This document shows, piece by piece, positions 1 through 10,177 of a stretch of DNA of 64,000 nt (the stretch's first letter is position 1; every line of letters starts with the position of its first letter). The DNA is from Candidatus Nezhaarchaeales archaeon. GTDB lineage: Archaea > Thermoproteota > Methanomethylicia > Nezhaarchaeales > WYZ-LMO8. The position numbers were made by a program, and so were the translations under genes. The notes under the pieces are model-generated. The model was given only the letters and a program-made list of their open reading frames with translations, ran no database searches and was not told the origin of the DNA. Location: NCBI GenBank assembly GCA_038887515.1, contig JAWAKK010000001.1:352001-416000 (forward strand). The letters run 5' to 3'.

Positions 1-515
1 GCCTTTCATTGAAGACTAACTATCAGTAAGCATACAACGTTTGATTTGCGTTAACTTTGTGAAACCATTGTATGAGCCATGGAGGAACGCCATTATATAG
101 TATTGCTAGCAAGGTCGGCTATTATTATTTAATAATAATAAGTACGGCTTACAAGTTGTTTGCGTAGAGCCCCTAGCAGTGCAACCATATGTCCACATAA
201 GCCATCGACCTCCTCTATAGTGCCTCTACACTGTTGACCTCGATCAATGAATGCAACCCAACCATATTAAATAATATCAATAATAGTAATAATATTAAAC
301 TCAACCACGTCATTGTAAAAACCATAGATAATAGGTCTAGAAAAATGAAAAATCTTAAGGAAGTCTCCATAGAGTTATAGGTTTTAAATAGAACCTGCTA
401 CTTACTCGTCGGGTACTGCTAATCGTTTTCCAGGTTGGGTTTAAAGAACACTACGTCTTATTTGATGACTTAGTTTAATATCTAATTAATTAATGCTAGC
501 TAATCAGTGTTTAAA

Positions 516-1526
516 TTACTCTCGACGAAGTACTTTTATTATCTTGTTTTTCTTAATTTCTATTAGTGTTTCTCCGGATATCTCTCTTCCTTCTTTTATC
601 GCTTGATACACGTCTTCTTCGAGGTCTAGCTCGGTGTATACACCTTTTCGGTTCAATTTTTCTCTAGCTTCTTCTACGTATGTAGTGTTATAGACTTCTG
701 ATATTAATGGGTTTAGACATGCTACGGTTTCAGGCTTGAGAAAGAAGGTTATCGTACTTAGTGGGGTTATCTGAACTTTTCTTGATCCTCTTCTTATTTT
801 TACTTGTCCATACGCCCCTCTGGCTGCCATTAACGTAACTCTACTAGCTTCGCTTTCTACATGCCTTAGTAATTTATCTAGATTTTCAACGTCTTCCGGA
901 GTGATGCCTCTAGCGCCCAGGTACCCTCCATGTGCAGCCACGAGAGCTATCCTCTTTAAGATGTATCTAGGAGTGAGCTCTCCATCACTCCCAGGCGCGT
1001 GAACTGCTAGCACCCCTTTAAGGTCCTTAATTGCCGCTAGTCCTATGAAGTCTGCTAGCGGGCTCCAGAGCTCTTCTTCAAATCCTGTTGCTAGTACGTC
1101 TCCACCGACGTCTACCCCTACGACGACGTCGCATCCCAAGTATGATGTTAACTCCTCTATACCCCTCCTAACGCCTATGTAACCGGAGGCTATGTCTACT
1201 ACCCCTATAGGCTCTCCTAGAGCTCTAGATGCATTCGCTGCTTGAAATGCTACTACCCTATCTCCCCTTAGGGCTTTTGATTCCTCGGTGACGAACATTG
1301 CGTGGTCCCCGATCTTTTTGGCATTCACGATCTCGCTCATTCTTACTGGTCCGGGCACGGGATCTATAGAGAACCTCTCCCATACGACGCTTGCCACGTA
1401 GGCTTTTAGACCCAGTCGCCGGGCAGCTAAGGCTAACATCGATGCTGAAGCAACGTCTCCACCACCGCCTAAAGCTATGAAGAGCGGTTGCCTAGCCTTT
1501 CCGATCAATAGTTCCAATAGAAGCAC
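516..1526 (-). CDS. DUF1152 family protein
   Basis: 336 aa; motifs LGGGGDV, GVDVGGDVLA, LWSPLAD and GSDGEL typical of DUF1152. Confidence 0.8.
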   Translation of the reverse strand: MLLLELLIGKARQPLFIALGGGGDVASASMLALAARRLGLKAYVASVVWERFSIDPVPGPVRMSEIVNAKKIGDHAMFVTEESKALRGDRVVAFQAANASRALGEPIGVVDIASGYIGVRRGIEELTSYLGCDVVVGVDVGGDVLATGFEEELWSPLADFIGLAAIKDLKGVLAVHAPGSDGELTPRYILKRIALVAAHGGYLGARGITPEDVENLDKLLRHVESEASRVTLMAARGAYGQVKIRRGSRKVQITPLSTITFFLKPETVACLNPLISEVYNTTYVEEAREKLNRKGVYTELDLEEDVYQAIKEGREISGETLIEIKKNKIIKVLRRE

Positions 1527-1690
1527 CTCTAGCCTATTGGGTCTCAGTAAGACAGCAAGATACTATTTACTCTTTCCTTTATGCTTAAGCCCAGGGGCAT
1601 GGTTGGTCGTTGATAGTTTGAATCTTGAGTTCTTCGAGTACTTACTAAAAGCTAAAGGGGAAGTACTGTTAATACTACGTCTCGAAGCTT

Positions 1691-3034
1691 ATGAAATTTC
1701 TAGCACTATTGACCGTTTGCACCTCCTCGTTCCTCGTAGCCTCATCGCTGTCGTCAGTTAACGTTGCTGTACCATCAATAGCTGACGATTTATCTATGGA
1801 TGCTGTCACCTCAAGCTGGGTAGTTACTTCATTCACACTTGCGTCAGCAGCTTTTCTCGTTCCCCTCGGAAGAATTGCAGACATTAGAGGGAGGAGGGCG
1901 ACTTTTTTACTGGGCAACGCCCTCTTCGTCTTAGCTTCAATGCTCAGCGGTTCTTTAGCATCAAGCAGAGCACTAATCTTCTCCAGATTTGTCCAAGGGT
2001 TGGGCGGGGCAATGATATTTGCTACAGGAGTTGCGATCCTCTCGTCGACATTTGATAGGCATGAAAGGGGTAGAGCTATCGGTCTTCAGTCGGCATCGGT
2101 TTACACGGGCTTGGCCATAGGCCCATTGATCGGCGGCCTGTTAACAGAGGCACTCGGGTGGAGATCGGTCTTCTTTTTCAATGCACCCTTGGGGGCCACG
2201 GTAATCGCCCTATCCATTCCTATGTTGAAGGGTGAACAGGATGAGGCTTTGGGAGAAAAATTCGATTTTGTAGGGGCTTTACTTTATGTGGCCACTATAA
2301 TCTCAATAATGCTAGGTCTTTCGGAGTCTTCCATCATATTATCTTCTCTAGGCGTCTTCCTGCTGCTATCATTTATCTTCTGGGAGCTCAGAGCTCACTA
2401 TCCAATATTGGAGTTGAAGCTTTTTAAGAACCTAATGTTTGCGCTCTCAAATGTTGTAGCATTGTTAAATTACGCTGCAACTTACGCGGTCTCCTTAATT
2501 CTCAGCCTTTACCTACAGTATGTAAAGGGGTTAACGCCGTATCAGGCAGGCCTAGTGCTTACAGTTCAAGCAGCCTTTCAAGCAATACTTTCTCCTATAG
2601 CCGGGTCCTTGTCAGATAGGTTTGAACCTAGAGTTATCGCTTCAGCGGGTATGGGGATAGCGGCCATATGTCTCTGGTGCTTCTCCTACATAACGCCGGC
2701 AACAAGCATACTCCTAGTAACCTTAACGTTAGCTTTTCTAGGCATCGGTCTTGCCTTCTTCATTTCGCCCAATACGTACGCTATAATGAGCTCTGTCGAA
2801 AGCAAATTTTACGGTATAGCATCCGCGATGACTGCAACGATGAGGAACTTAGGCCAATCACTGAGTTTATCTATAATAGCTCTACTGCTTGCCACGTATC
2901 TGGGCAAGGGGGTTGTAGTGTCTTCGGCGAACCTTACCGAATTTATGGAGTGCATTAAAACAGCTTTTCGAGTTTTCTCAGCGCTATGTGTTGTAGGGGT
3001 AGGAGCCTCACTTGTGAGAGGGAAGTTAAGATAA
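1691..3034 (+). CDS. MFS transporter, DHA2/EmrB-QacA-like (about 14 TM)
   Basis: 447 aa hydrophobic; motif A GRIADIRGRR, RFVQGLGGA, GPLIGGLL, GWRSVFFFNAP. Confidence 0.9.
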   Translation: MKFLALLTVCTSSFLVASSLSSVNVAVPSIADDLSMDAVTSSWVVTSFTLASAAFLVPLGRIADIRGRRATFLLGNALFVLASMLSGSLASSRALIFSRFVQGLGGAMIFATGVAILSSTFDRHERGRAIGLQSASVYTGLAIGPLIGGLLTEALGWRSVFFFNAPLGATVIALSIPMLKGEQDEALGEKFDFVGALLYVATIISIMLGLSESSIILSSLGVFLLLSFIFWELRAHYPILELKLFKNLMFALSNVVALLNYAATYAVSLILSLYLQYVKGLTPYQAGLVLTVQAAFQAILSPIAGSLSDRFEPRVIASAGMGIAAICLWCFSYITPATSILLVTLTLAFLGIGLAFFISPNTYAIMSSVESKFYGIASAMTATMRNLGQSLSLSIIALLLATYLGKGVVVSSANLTEFMECIKTAFRVFSALCVVGVGASLVRGKLR

Positions 3035-3167
3035 CTGAATAAATAAAGTAAGGAATGGCGCATAGCGCGCCAGTATTTAAAGTTTTCGCTTTGCTGAAGT
3101 ACAGCACATGATAATGTTAATTAACACGATCCTATAGACCTTGATTCAAGGATCCTAGGCCGAAGCG

Positions 3168-4148
3168 TTGGAGCTGAAGATGATTATGGACGTACTTCAG
3201 ACAATTCTGGTCTCCATCTTAAACGGAGGGGCATTTTACCTGCCAATACACATAACGATATTCGTCCTCTTACCATTAATTCTAAGGACAGCTCACGCCC
3301 GCCGTTACCGCTTAAATATTGAGCCTTCCAACGCTTACCACAATATAAGCGTAATAGTTCCAGAACACAACGAAAGCTGTAAGGTCTTCGAAGAATGTTT
3401 GAAGAGCATTGTTGAAAACGAGCCACTTGAGGTCATAGTGGTCCTCGACGACGGTAGACGCGAGATAGTTGAGATAGCTGAGAGGTATGGTGCTAAGGTT
3501 GTAGCCTTACATCGTAGAATAGGGAAGAGGAACTCCATGTTCATAGGGTGGAGAATGGCTAAGGGAGACATAGTTGTGCACGTCGACAGCGACGTAATCT
3601 TACGGAAGAATGCTTTAAAGGAAATAGTCAAACCATTTAACGACAAACTAGTCGTCTCAGTTCAGGGTAGAATTCATGTTCGTCGAGGCAAGAGCTGGCT
3701 TGCGTGGCGTCTAAGCCAATTCAGTGTGCATGCTGAAACGATAAGCCCTCCAACAATGAGAGCTTTTCTGAAGCAACAGTTGAGATGGATTAGAGGCGGG
3801 CTCAAGGCCTTCATTAATGAGATAAATAACGGCTTTATTGTTAGGGCCCCCTTCACCTACAGCTTCTTAGAAGCAAGCTACTATCTAGGCCCTATAGCCT
3901 TCCTAGCGGGCACCTTTACTACGGCAATATTGTTCGCTTCGCTCGAAAAAGTCGTGCTCATAACTATCGCCATAGCTTTACTGCTAGCTTTCATAAGTAT
4001 CGCACTTGCAAGTCGTGCTCTTAGACCATACGAGATGACTCTTGGAACATTCATTACGTCCTGTATGTTATTGAGTCTATTAACCTATCCGCTAACCTTG
4101 CTCTCACTTTTCACCATTCGTAGGCAGAGTTCCTGGCTGACCCGCTGA
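3168..4148 (+). pseudogene. GT2 processive glycosyltransferase (hyaluronan/cellulose-synthase-like) with apparent in-frame internal deletion
   Basis: VIVPEHNE, VLDD, GKR, HVDSD and QQLRW are present; only 60 aa separate DSD from QQLRW and there is no catalytic (G/T)(E/D)D motif. Confidence 0.6.
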
Positions 4149-4151
4149 AGT

Positions 4152-4433
4152 TCATTTAAGTAAAGTTGCACCTACGTTTTCACTCTTAACTTCAAATACT
4201 ACTATGACTCCGTCTGGGATACATTCGATGACTTCCTTGACTTCAGCATTTATTCCAGCATCTCTTAATTCTATGAGGAGGTCGTCGATGTAATCGTAGA
4301 AGCCGCACGTATAGCAGAAGGAGCCCCCAAATTTGACTACGATTTTCCCTTCTTTAACGTGAAGTACTTGAGCCTCTACTTCGGGCGCTCTATATTTGTT
4401 GTATTCCTTCACAACCTTTGCTAGGTTATCCAA
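4152..4433 (-). CDS. Conserved archaeal hypothetical protein with CxxC (FGGSFCYTCG)
   Basis: 93 aa; last gene of the prx-dfx run; small NifU/HesB-like CxxC protein. Confidence 0.65.
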   Translation of the reverse strand: MDNLAKVVKEYNKYRAPEVEAQVLHVKEGKIVVKFGGSFCYTCGFYDYIDDLLIELRDAGINAEVKEVIECIPDGVIVVFEVKSENVGATLLK

Positions 4434-4491
4434 GATCCGGGCCCCAATGTAAAAAATGGTGAAGTTAGAGAAAGCCTAACTTATGGATACT

Positions 4492-4869
4492 TTAAGTGCC
4501 CTTCCACAAGCCGTGGATATTGCAGTAAGCTCTTGCGATTAGCTTTCCAGCTTTAACGTTGAAGGTTGCTTCAGGCTTTTCGTTAGGCTTAAGATACCTC
4601 CTGTACGTTTCTTGGTCTGTTGAAAGTTCTATCCACTCTATGAAGTGCTTTTCCTCCATGGGGTGAGGAATCGAGCCTACCCTAACTTTGATAGTAGCGT
4701 CGGCTACCTCGATGACTGGAACGTGCTTCTCCTTACCTGACTCTAAGGCTTTCTCTTCGAGGAGTTGCATTGGTTGACCGCAGCAGAAGAGTTGTCCCCT
4801 ACCTTCGTGTAGCACTTCAACTATGTTCCCGCATATGTTACACTTATAAATAGCTCTAAAGATCGCCAA
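4492..4869 (-). CDS. dfx: Desulfoferrodoxin (2Fe superoxide reductase)
   Basis: [16 protein letters not shown] desulforedoxin domain; [28 protein letters not shown] ligands. Confidence 0.95.
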   Translation of the reverse strand: MAIFRAIYKCNICGNIVEVLHEGRGQLFCCGQPMQLLEEKALESGKEKHVPVIEVADATIKVRVGSIPHPMEEKHFIEWIELSTDQETYRRYLKPNEKPEATFNVKAGKLIARAYCNIHGLWKGT

Positions 4870-4875
4870 GGAAGA

Positions 4876-5541
4876 TCACGCCTGCAAGCTTTTGTAGCAG
4901 AACCACCAGTCGAAGCACTCGTACTTCTTTGACCTCTCAGAGGCAGTTTGTATGTCCGTCGGAGGCGGTATGATGACTTTATCGCCTATAAGCTCGTTGT
5001 TAGGCCAATTGGCCGGCATAGCTACCTTCTCTTTATCGACTATTTGAAGGGCCCTTACCGCTCTGAGTATTTCATCCATGTTTCTACCGAGCTCTTGCGG
5101 GTAGTAGAGTATTAATCTGATGATCCCTTCGGGATCTATCACAAAGACGGCCCTAACGGTGTTAGTACCCTTCCCAGGATGGATCATACCGAACGCTTGG
5201 GCTATCCTGCCTACATCGTCAGCTATTATTGGGAACTGGATTTCGATTCCAAGCTTCTCCTTAATCCATTCAACCCACTTTATGTGGCTAAACACTTGAT
5301 CTATGCTTAAGCCTAAGAGCTCGCAATTAAGCTTCTTAAATTCTTCATATCTCTTCTGGAAAGCTACAAATTCCGTCGTACAAACTGGCGTAAAGTCGGC
5401 CGGGTGAGAGAACAGGACTACCCACTTGCCCTTATAGTCATCAGGGAACCTTATTACCCCTTTAGTTGACTTAGCTACAAAGCTTGGAGCCTTCTCTCCT
5501 ATGAGAGGTATCCTACCAATAGCCGCTTCCATAAGTACCAC
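4876..5541 (-). CDS. Peroxiredoxin (archaeal Prx6-type)
   Basis: [29 protein letters not shown]-terminal CFDWWFC. Confidence 0.95.
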   Translation of the reverse strand: MVLMEAAIGRIPLIGEKAPSFVAKSTKGVIRFPDDYKGKWVVLFSHPADFTPVCTTEFVAFQKRYEEFKKLNCELLGLSIDQVFSHIKWVEWIKEKLGIEIQFPIIADDVGRIAQAFGMIHPGKGTNTVRAVFVIDPEGIIRLILYYPQELGRNMDEILRAVRALQIVDKEKVAMPANWPNNELIGDKVIIPPPTDIQTASERSKKYECFDWWFCYKSLQA

Positions 5542-5585
5542 CTGTCTGAGTACTATTTATAGGTAGGTGCAATACATATATATTT

Positions 5586-6008
5586 ATGGTTCGTTTTTCG
5601 AACCTAGAAATACTGAAAATATTGAGGGAGAACGCTAGAACGCCATTCTTAAGGATAGCTAGACGGCTTGGCGTTACCGAGACGGCTATTAGGAAGAGGG
5701 TTAGAAGGCTTGAAGAAGAAGGAGTTATAATACGCTACACAGTCGAGTTGGATTTTAGGAAGCTCGGTTATGAAGTTCACGCGTTCATAGGCATCGACGC
5801 AAAACCTGAGAGTTTAATAAGCGTAATTAAAGGTCTTAAGGGATTAGAGGAGATCGTAAACCTATATTCTACAAGTGGTGATCACATGCTGATAGCTGAG
5901 TGCTGGTTTAAAGATAGTAGTGAGCTTATGAATTTTATTGAAAAGATAAACTCGATGAACGGTGTTACGAGGGTCTGCCCAGCTATAGTAGTTGAAAAGG
6001 TAAAATGA
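5586..6008 (+). CDS. lrpA: Lrp/AsnC family regulator (LrpA-like)
   Basis: ENARTPFLRIARRLGVTETAIRKRVRRLEEEGVI HTH; TSGDHMLI and VTRVCPAI; divergent from prx, probably leaderless. Confidence 0.85.
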   Translation: MVRFSNLEILKILRENARTPFLRIARRLGVTETAIRKRVRRLEEEGVIIRYTVELDFRKLGYEVHAFIGIDAKPESLISVIKGLKGLEEIVNLYSTSGDHMLIAECWFKDSSELMNFIEKINSMNGVTRVCPAIVVEKVK

Positions 6009-6440
6009 AGATGTTAGCACTTAAGTGAGACGTATACCTTGCTATATCTCATCGTTGCACTTCAAAACTCTTAATTAAGTTGACGCGTTTACGACTACTT
6101 TATGGCTCAATGGTGATTGTATCGTCTTACCCACCATTCGGTTTGCTCTAGATACGCTTTAGTGGTGAGTCCAGCTCGAAATAACTTCGATCCCTCTTTC
6201 TCATCCCTCTTAGCTTCTACGCTTTTAGTCTTCAATCTATCCATCGTCTATTGGTGGGCATCAACTCGACTTGACTCCTCCTTAGAAGCATCGTTCTAAA
6301 GCTAGATTTTTATGTGCAATAGCTCTAAGTTAATTTAAGACACGTATCTTATATATTGTAAAAGTGCAAATCGTATAGCCTGTGTTGAACGTAACTGTTA
6401 TATCCCGAAGTTCTTGAAGTAGATCTAGAGGAGGAAGCCT

Positions 6441-6746
6441 ATGGCTAAGGACAAGATGGTCGGCGGTGGTCTCCTAGCTCTATCGATTATAGTGGTAATA
6501 GTCTACCTGTGGCTAGTGTTTTTCCCACCCTTCAGTGGGGTGGACCTATTCGTCCTAAAGCTGACAGGAGCTGTAGCTATAGTAGTAGTTTTCGCTATAG
6601 TAGGCTGGATAGGCTACACGCTTGCAACAACTCCGCCGCCAAAACCAATAGAAGAAATCGAAAAGGAAATAGAGGAAGAGATCAAAAAACTTGAGGAATC
6701 GAAGAACACGACTGCCGAGAAACTTTCAGAGGCCGAGCCTAAGTAA
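6441..6746 (+). CDS. Conserved two-TM archaeal membrane protein with acidic tail
   Basis: Two hydrophobic helices, then WIGYTLATTPPPKPIEEIEKEIEEE; GGAGG RBS upstream. Confidence 0.7.
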   Translation: MAKDKMVGGGLLALSIIVVIVYLWLVFFPPFSGVDLFVLKLTGAVAIVVVFAIVGWIGYTLATTPPPKPIEEIEKEIEEEIKKLEESKNTTAEKLSEAEPK

Positions 6747-6972
6747 AGCTAATTACTTAAAAACTTCAATTTTAACAAAACGACTTTATTACTTCATTCC
6801 AACTTAAATGCCTTCTTCAAGCTTAATTCGAAAGCCGTATTATCTAGGCTATCTTTAAAAGGTTGAGTCGTCGTAAGGAGCCTCCTCTGTTACACTAGAA
6901 ACTTATAAAACAGTGTGCTGATACGGGCTAAGCTCAGTTTCAAATGTTAGCACTGATAGTCGAGGTATTGAT

Positions 6973-8163
6973 GTGATGTTTAGATCAAAGGAAAACAAGT
7001 TATGGCTTTTGACCGTGATGCTAGTTGCATATGGATTGGTGTATTTTCATAGAGTCATGGCTGGAGTAATGATGTATGAAATGGTTACTTTCGCCGAGTA
7101 CTACTCGGTAGACCCTAAATACCTTCTCTCGCTTTTTCCTTCAGCCTACTTCTATGCCTACGCCTTAGCTCAACTGTTTGTAGGTAGCTTGGTGGACAGC
7201 TATGGGGTTAAGAGGACTGGAACACTAATGATAGCTTTAATGGGTGCATCTACAGCGTTAATGGTTTTACCGTCTGCAGAGATCCTAGTAGCTGGAAGGT
7301 TCTTAGTTGGTTTAACTGCAGCAGTGGTTTTCGTAGCTTCTCAAAGAGTTGCATCGCTGGGTTTTTCCTCTAAGTCACAGACAATGATAACATCGCTCTT
7401 CTTAATGGTAGGCAACGTAAGTGCATTATTTGCAACTTACCCTCTAAGGCTCTTTCTTTCAGCCTATGGTGTGGCGTCCCTCTTCCTGATGCTAGCTCTA
7501 TTAAGCGTAGCTATAGCACTCTTAACCTTCATCTTTTCAAGAGATGTTGGCACGTCAAATCAAGGAATAGGATTAAAAAGCACTTGGAAAGAGATGCTTC
7601 TCATACTTAAATCAAAACATGCAATAGCAGTAGCTATGGGGGCCGTCGCAACATACGGTACGGGTTTAGCCTTCCAAGCCGCATGGGGTCAAGACTTAAT
7701 GATGGGTCTCTTCGAAATGAGTAAGGAGGCTGCAAGCATGTACTTAATGATTTTAGGCCTAGCTTTCGTTGCAACGACTTTTCCGGCAGCGGCGCTTAGC
7801 GACAGGGTCTTGGGAAGGAGAAAGCCCGTGTTAATAGCGGCTTTGATTCTATCCATCATTGCATGGACGTCTGTGGGCGTAGCGTCCTTCATAAAGTCCC
7901 TCGACCTATTCATCGTAGGCCTACTATTGATTGGGATCTCTATGGGACTTCATGCAGTGTGTCCACCTATGGTTAGAGAGCCTTTTGGACAGGACTTTGC
8001 AGCCACAGCAACGTCAGTCTACAACCTAATACTATTCTCTTGGACTGCGGTACTTCAAAGCATTGAACCTTTAACATCCTCCATGAGCGTTGTGTTACTG
8101 AGCTTGGCAATATCTCTCGTGGGATTAGCGATAGTGTACAAATATGCGGAAGAAGCTAAGTAA
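6973..8163 (+). CDS. MFS transporter
   Basis: About 12 TM; YFHRV, YFYAYALAQ, GSLVDSYGVKR, LSDRVLGRRKP. Confidence 0.85.
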   Translation: MMFRSKENKLWLLTVMLVAYGLVYFHRVMAGVMMYEMVTFAEYYSVDPKYLLSLFPSAYFYAYALAQLFVGSLVDSYGVKRTGTLMIALMGASTALMVLPSAEILVAGRFLVGLTAAVVFVASQRVASLGFSSKSQTMITSLFLMVGNVSALFATYPLRLFLSAYGVASLFLMLALLSVAIALLTFIFSRDVGTSNQGIGLKSTWKEMLLILKSKHAIAVAMGAVATYGTGLAFQAAWGQDLMMGLFEMSKEAASMYLMILGLAFVATTFPAAALSDRVLGRRKPVLIAALILSIIAWTSVGVASFIKSLDLFIVGLLLIGISMGLHAVCPPMVREPFGQDFAATATSVYNLILFSWTAVLQSIEPLTSSMSVVLLSLAISLVGLAIVYKYAEEAK

Positions 8164-8223
8164 TAAACTCGACTTAACATACAATGGCGTACCCTATAAA
8201 AACCGAAGTAAACGTTATAGTTT

Positions 8224-9291
8224 TCAATTAGAAGCCTTTAAGCCGTTGAGGACTTTGTTCACCATAAAGTCTCTATCGCTCCTCCAAGATCCTTCAGAAA
8301 AAGCTTCATCATAAAAACGATACCTTATGCTGGATTGATAATCGCACCAGAAAACACTCATTTCCTCACAGTAGTCGCGTAAGTGTGCTATTAAGTGAGG
8401 ATAATCAGACGAAGTCGTCATGATGAAGAGGACGAAGCCGTACTGAGTTGGGTAAAACGTACTTTGAAACGGAAGCTTTACTATCGCTGAGGCGACTTTC
8501 ATAGCAGTCTTTATCGAACATTTACACCTCAATATTATGTAAGAAGATATCTGTAGGACATGTAGTCCGGCGAGAACTCTATAGCCTTCTATGACCCTCA
8601 GCCTTTCAAGCCTCTTCCATCTTTTATTTAAATGGTACAATTTAATTCCCACGGCCCTAGCTATCTCACTCCTCTTCCTTAGAATATTCGTAGAGAGCTC
8701 TCTAAGGATCTTCATGTCGACGCTATCAAGTAGACTTAAAACGTTCCTCTCTCCCTTGGGCTCAAAGGAACTCTCGGAGTTTATACTCTTAGCCCACGCA
8801 TCCCAATCGAACTTCCATCCGACATTAGGCTCGTAAAAGGAATAATCCGCTTCAGACCCGACCGGAAAGCATAGGGGGCTCTCAAGAAGCCACTTTCTTA
8901 CAATCCCCTCTTTTGAGAGTTCCTCCAACAATTCTACAAGTAGGTAAGTAGTATCGGAAGGTATTTGGAAGATCGCAAAAATACCGTTAATCGATCCGAA
9001 ACATCTCACCCGATAATGAGTGTACGGATGAATGTCGCATACCCTCTCAAATGCTACTACTTTGTCTGCTGGAACGTCAACAAAAACTGGCGTCAAGCTA
9101 AGACCGAGAGAATGAGGATTTATTCTTGCCGAAACACCATATAGGAGCCCGTTGTTAAACATTTCTTCAATTTTCTTCCTCAAAGAAATGGGAGAGAGAC
9201 CCACCTCCTTACTTAGGTTTCTTAAGGAAGCTTTCGGCTTCTTACCCAATATGGATAGGATTCTCAAGGAGAGAGCGTCGACGTGTTCCAT
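8224..9291 (-). CDS. Tandem (duplicated) Lrp/AsnC-type transcriptional regulator
   Basis: Two AsnC-type HTH modules (DALSLRILSIL..LSKEVGLS..; LDSVDMKILREL..IARAVGI..) each followed by a RAM-like region; 355 aa. Confidence 0.75.
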   Translation of the reverse strand: MEHVDALSLRILSILGKKPKASLRNLSKEVGLSPISLRKKIEEMFNNGLLYGVSARINPHSLGLSLTPVFVDVPADKVVAFERVCDIHPYTHYRVRCFGSINGIFAIFQIPSDTTYLLVELLEELSKEGIVRKWLLESPLCFPVGSEADYSFYEPNVGWKFDWDAWAKSINSESSFEPKGERNVLSLLDSVDMKILRELSTNILRKRSEIARAVGIKLYHLNKRWKRLERLRVIEGYRVLAGLHVLQISSYIILRCKCSIKTAMKVASAIVKLPFQSTFYPTQYGFVLFIMTTSSDYPHLIAHLRDYCEEMSVFWCDYQSSIRYRFYDEAFSEGSWRSDRDFMVNKVLNGLKASN

Positions 9292-9365
9292 AAAACCTCG
9301 CCCTTAAAGTTGTGGACAACGTACGCTTACGGATATTGTAAATAAAAGTTAAATGAATTAATGAT

Positions 9366-9803
9366 TTATAAGAGATTTGGGACACCCGGTGTGCCACCAC
9401 CAGGGGGATCAAATTTAAACGTCGCTTTTGCCGTTAGATCGCCACACGTCGCAGTAACCTCAATGACGTAGAGACCTTTAACGGTTATACAGTCCTCAAA
9501 CACGTACGAGTAGGGTATCTTTGTCACTCCATTAACACTTGGGCACTGAAGTACAAGCTGCCCTTGTGCTACCTTCTCACCATCACGTGAAAGGACAATC
9601 GTAACGTAGACCTCAGGGTTTCCCTCTACTCCTTGTAGGAATACTTTACCGCTTACAACAATATCATCGCCATTAGCCTTAGCATGAACGTTGACCTTAA
9701 CAAACGTCTTACTTGCCAAAACCATTGGAGCAACGCTCAATAAAAGCACGACAAGTGTAATGCTGAACAATGCAACTCCTAAGGTCCTACCCTTACCGTT
9801 CAC
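9366..9803 (-). CDS. Small secreted beta-sandwich protein with C-terminal FDPPGGGTPGVPNLL tail
   Basis: Sec signal peptide (..APMVLA|SK), beta-strand-rich body, Pro/Gly tail; GAGGTG RBS. Confidence 0.7.
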   Translation of the reverse strand: MNGKGRTLGVALFSITLVVLLLSVAPMVLASKTFVKVNVHAKANGDDIVVSGKVFLQGVEGNPEVYVTIVLSRDGEKVAQGQLVLQCPSVNGVTKIPYSYVFEDCITVKGLYVIEVTATCGDLTAKATFKFDPPGGGTPGVPNLL

Positions 9804-9846
9804 AACCCCACCTCAACATTTATCTAATTGTCAATTTACTTAAATA

Positions 9847-9868
9847 TTTTTGCATTTTTATGCAAAAA
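9847..9868. promoter_or_regulatory. Palindromic operator candidate TTTTTGCAT-N4-ATGCAAAAA
   Basis: Perfect 9-bp inverted repeat about 45 bp upstream of the 9803 start; core repeated at 10094-10109. Confidence 0.65.
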
Positions 9869-10082
9869 GTACATTAAATAGTTGTATAAATATGCCAGGT
9901 AATACCAGAGTAATACCGTAATCCTCGCATTTTTGTAGGCTAGGAGCGGTTTCTTAAATGCCTTCTTTCTGAATATCGCATAGCGCCAACGCCAAAATTA
10001 ATGTTAAGAATAAGGTTCTGATAACCTTTAAAATTTAACTTCGCAACGCTTAGACCTTTATGTGTATAATTCATTAATGCTC

Positions 10083-10120
10083 TATATAAATTCTTGCATT
10101 AAAATGCAAAAATTTATATA
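10083..10120. promoter_or_regulatory. Palindromic operator candidate (core TTGCAT-N4-ATGCAA) flanked by TATA-like arms upstream of major pilin
   Basis: 17-bp arms with one mismatch: TATATAAATTCTTGCAT-TAAA-ATGCAAAAATTTATATA. Confidence 0.7.
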
Positions 10121-10177
10121 TAGTACCTGACTAATTTGAAAAAGAAAACAAATTTTTTATGGAGGTGGAGGTGATCT

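Noticed and set aside
1-515. AT-rich stretch with short minus-strand frames, one resembling a signal peptide (MVFTMTWLSLILLLLLILFN..)
   Set aside because: All frames stop within about 40 codons and no family motif is recognisable; possibly a decayed gene but not supportable.
6009-6440. Short ORFs 6117..6299 (+) and a 45-codon minus frame
   Set aside because: No motif, no clear RBS; treated as intergenic or decayed sequence.
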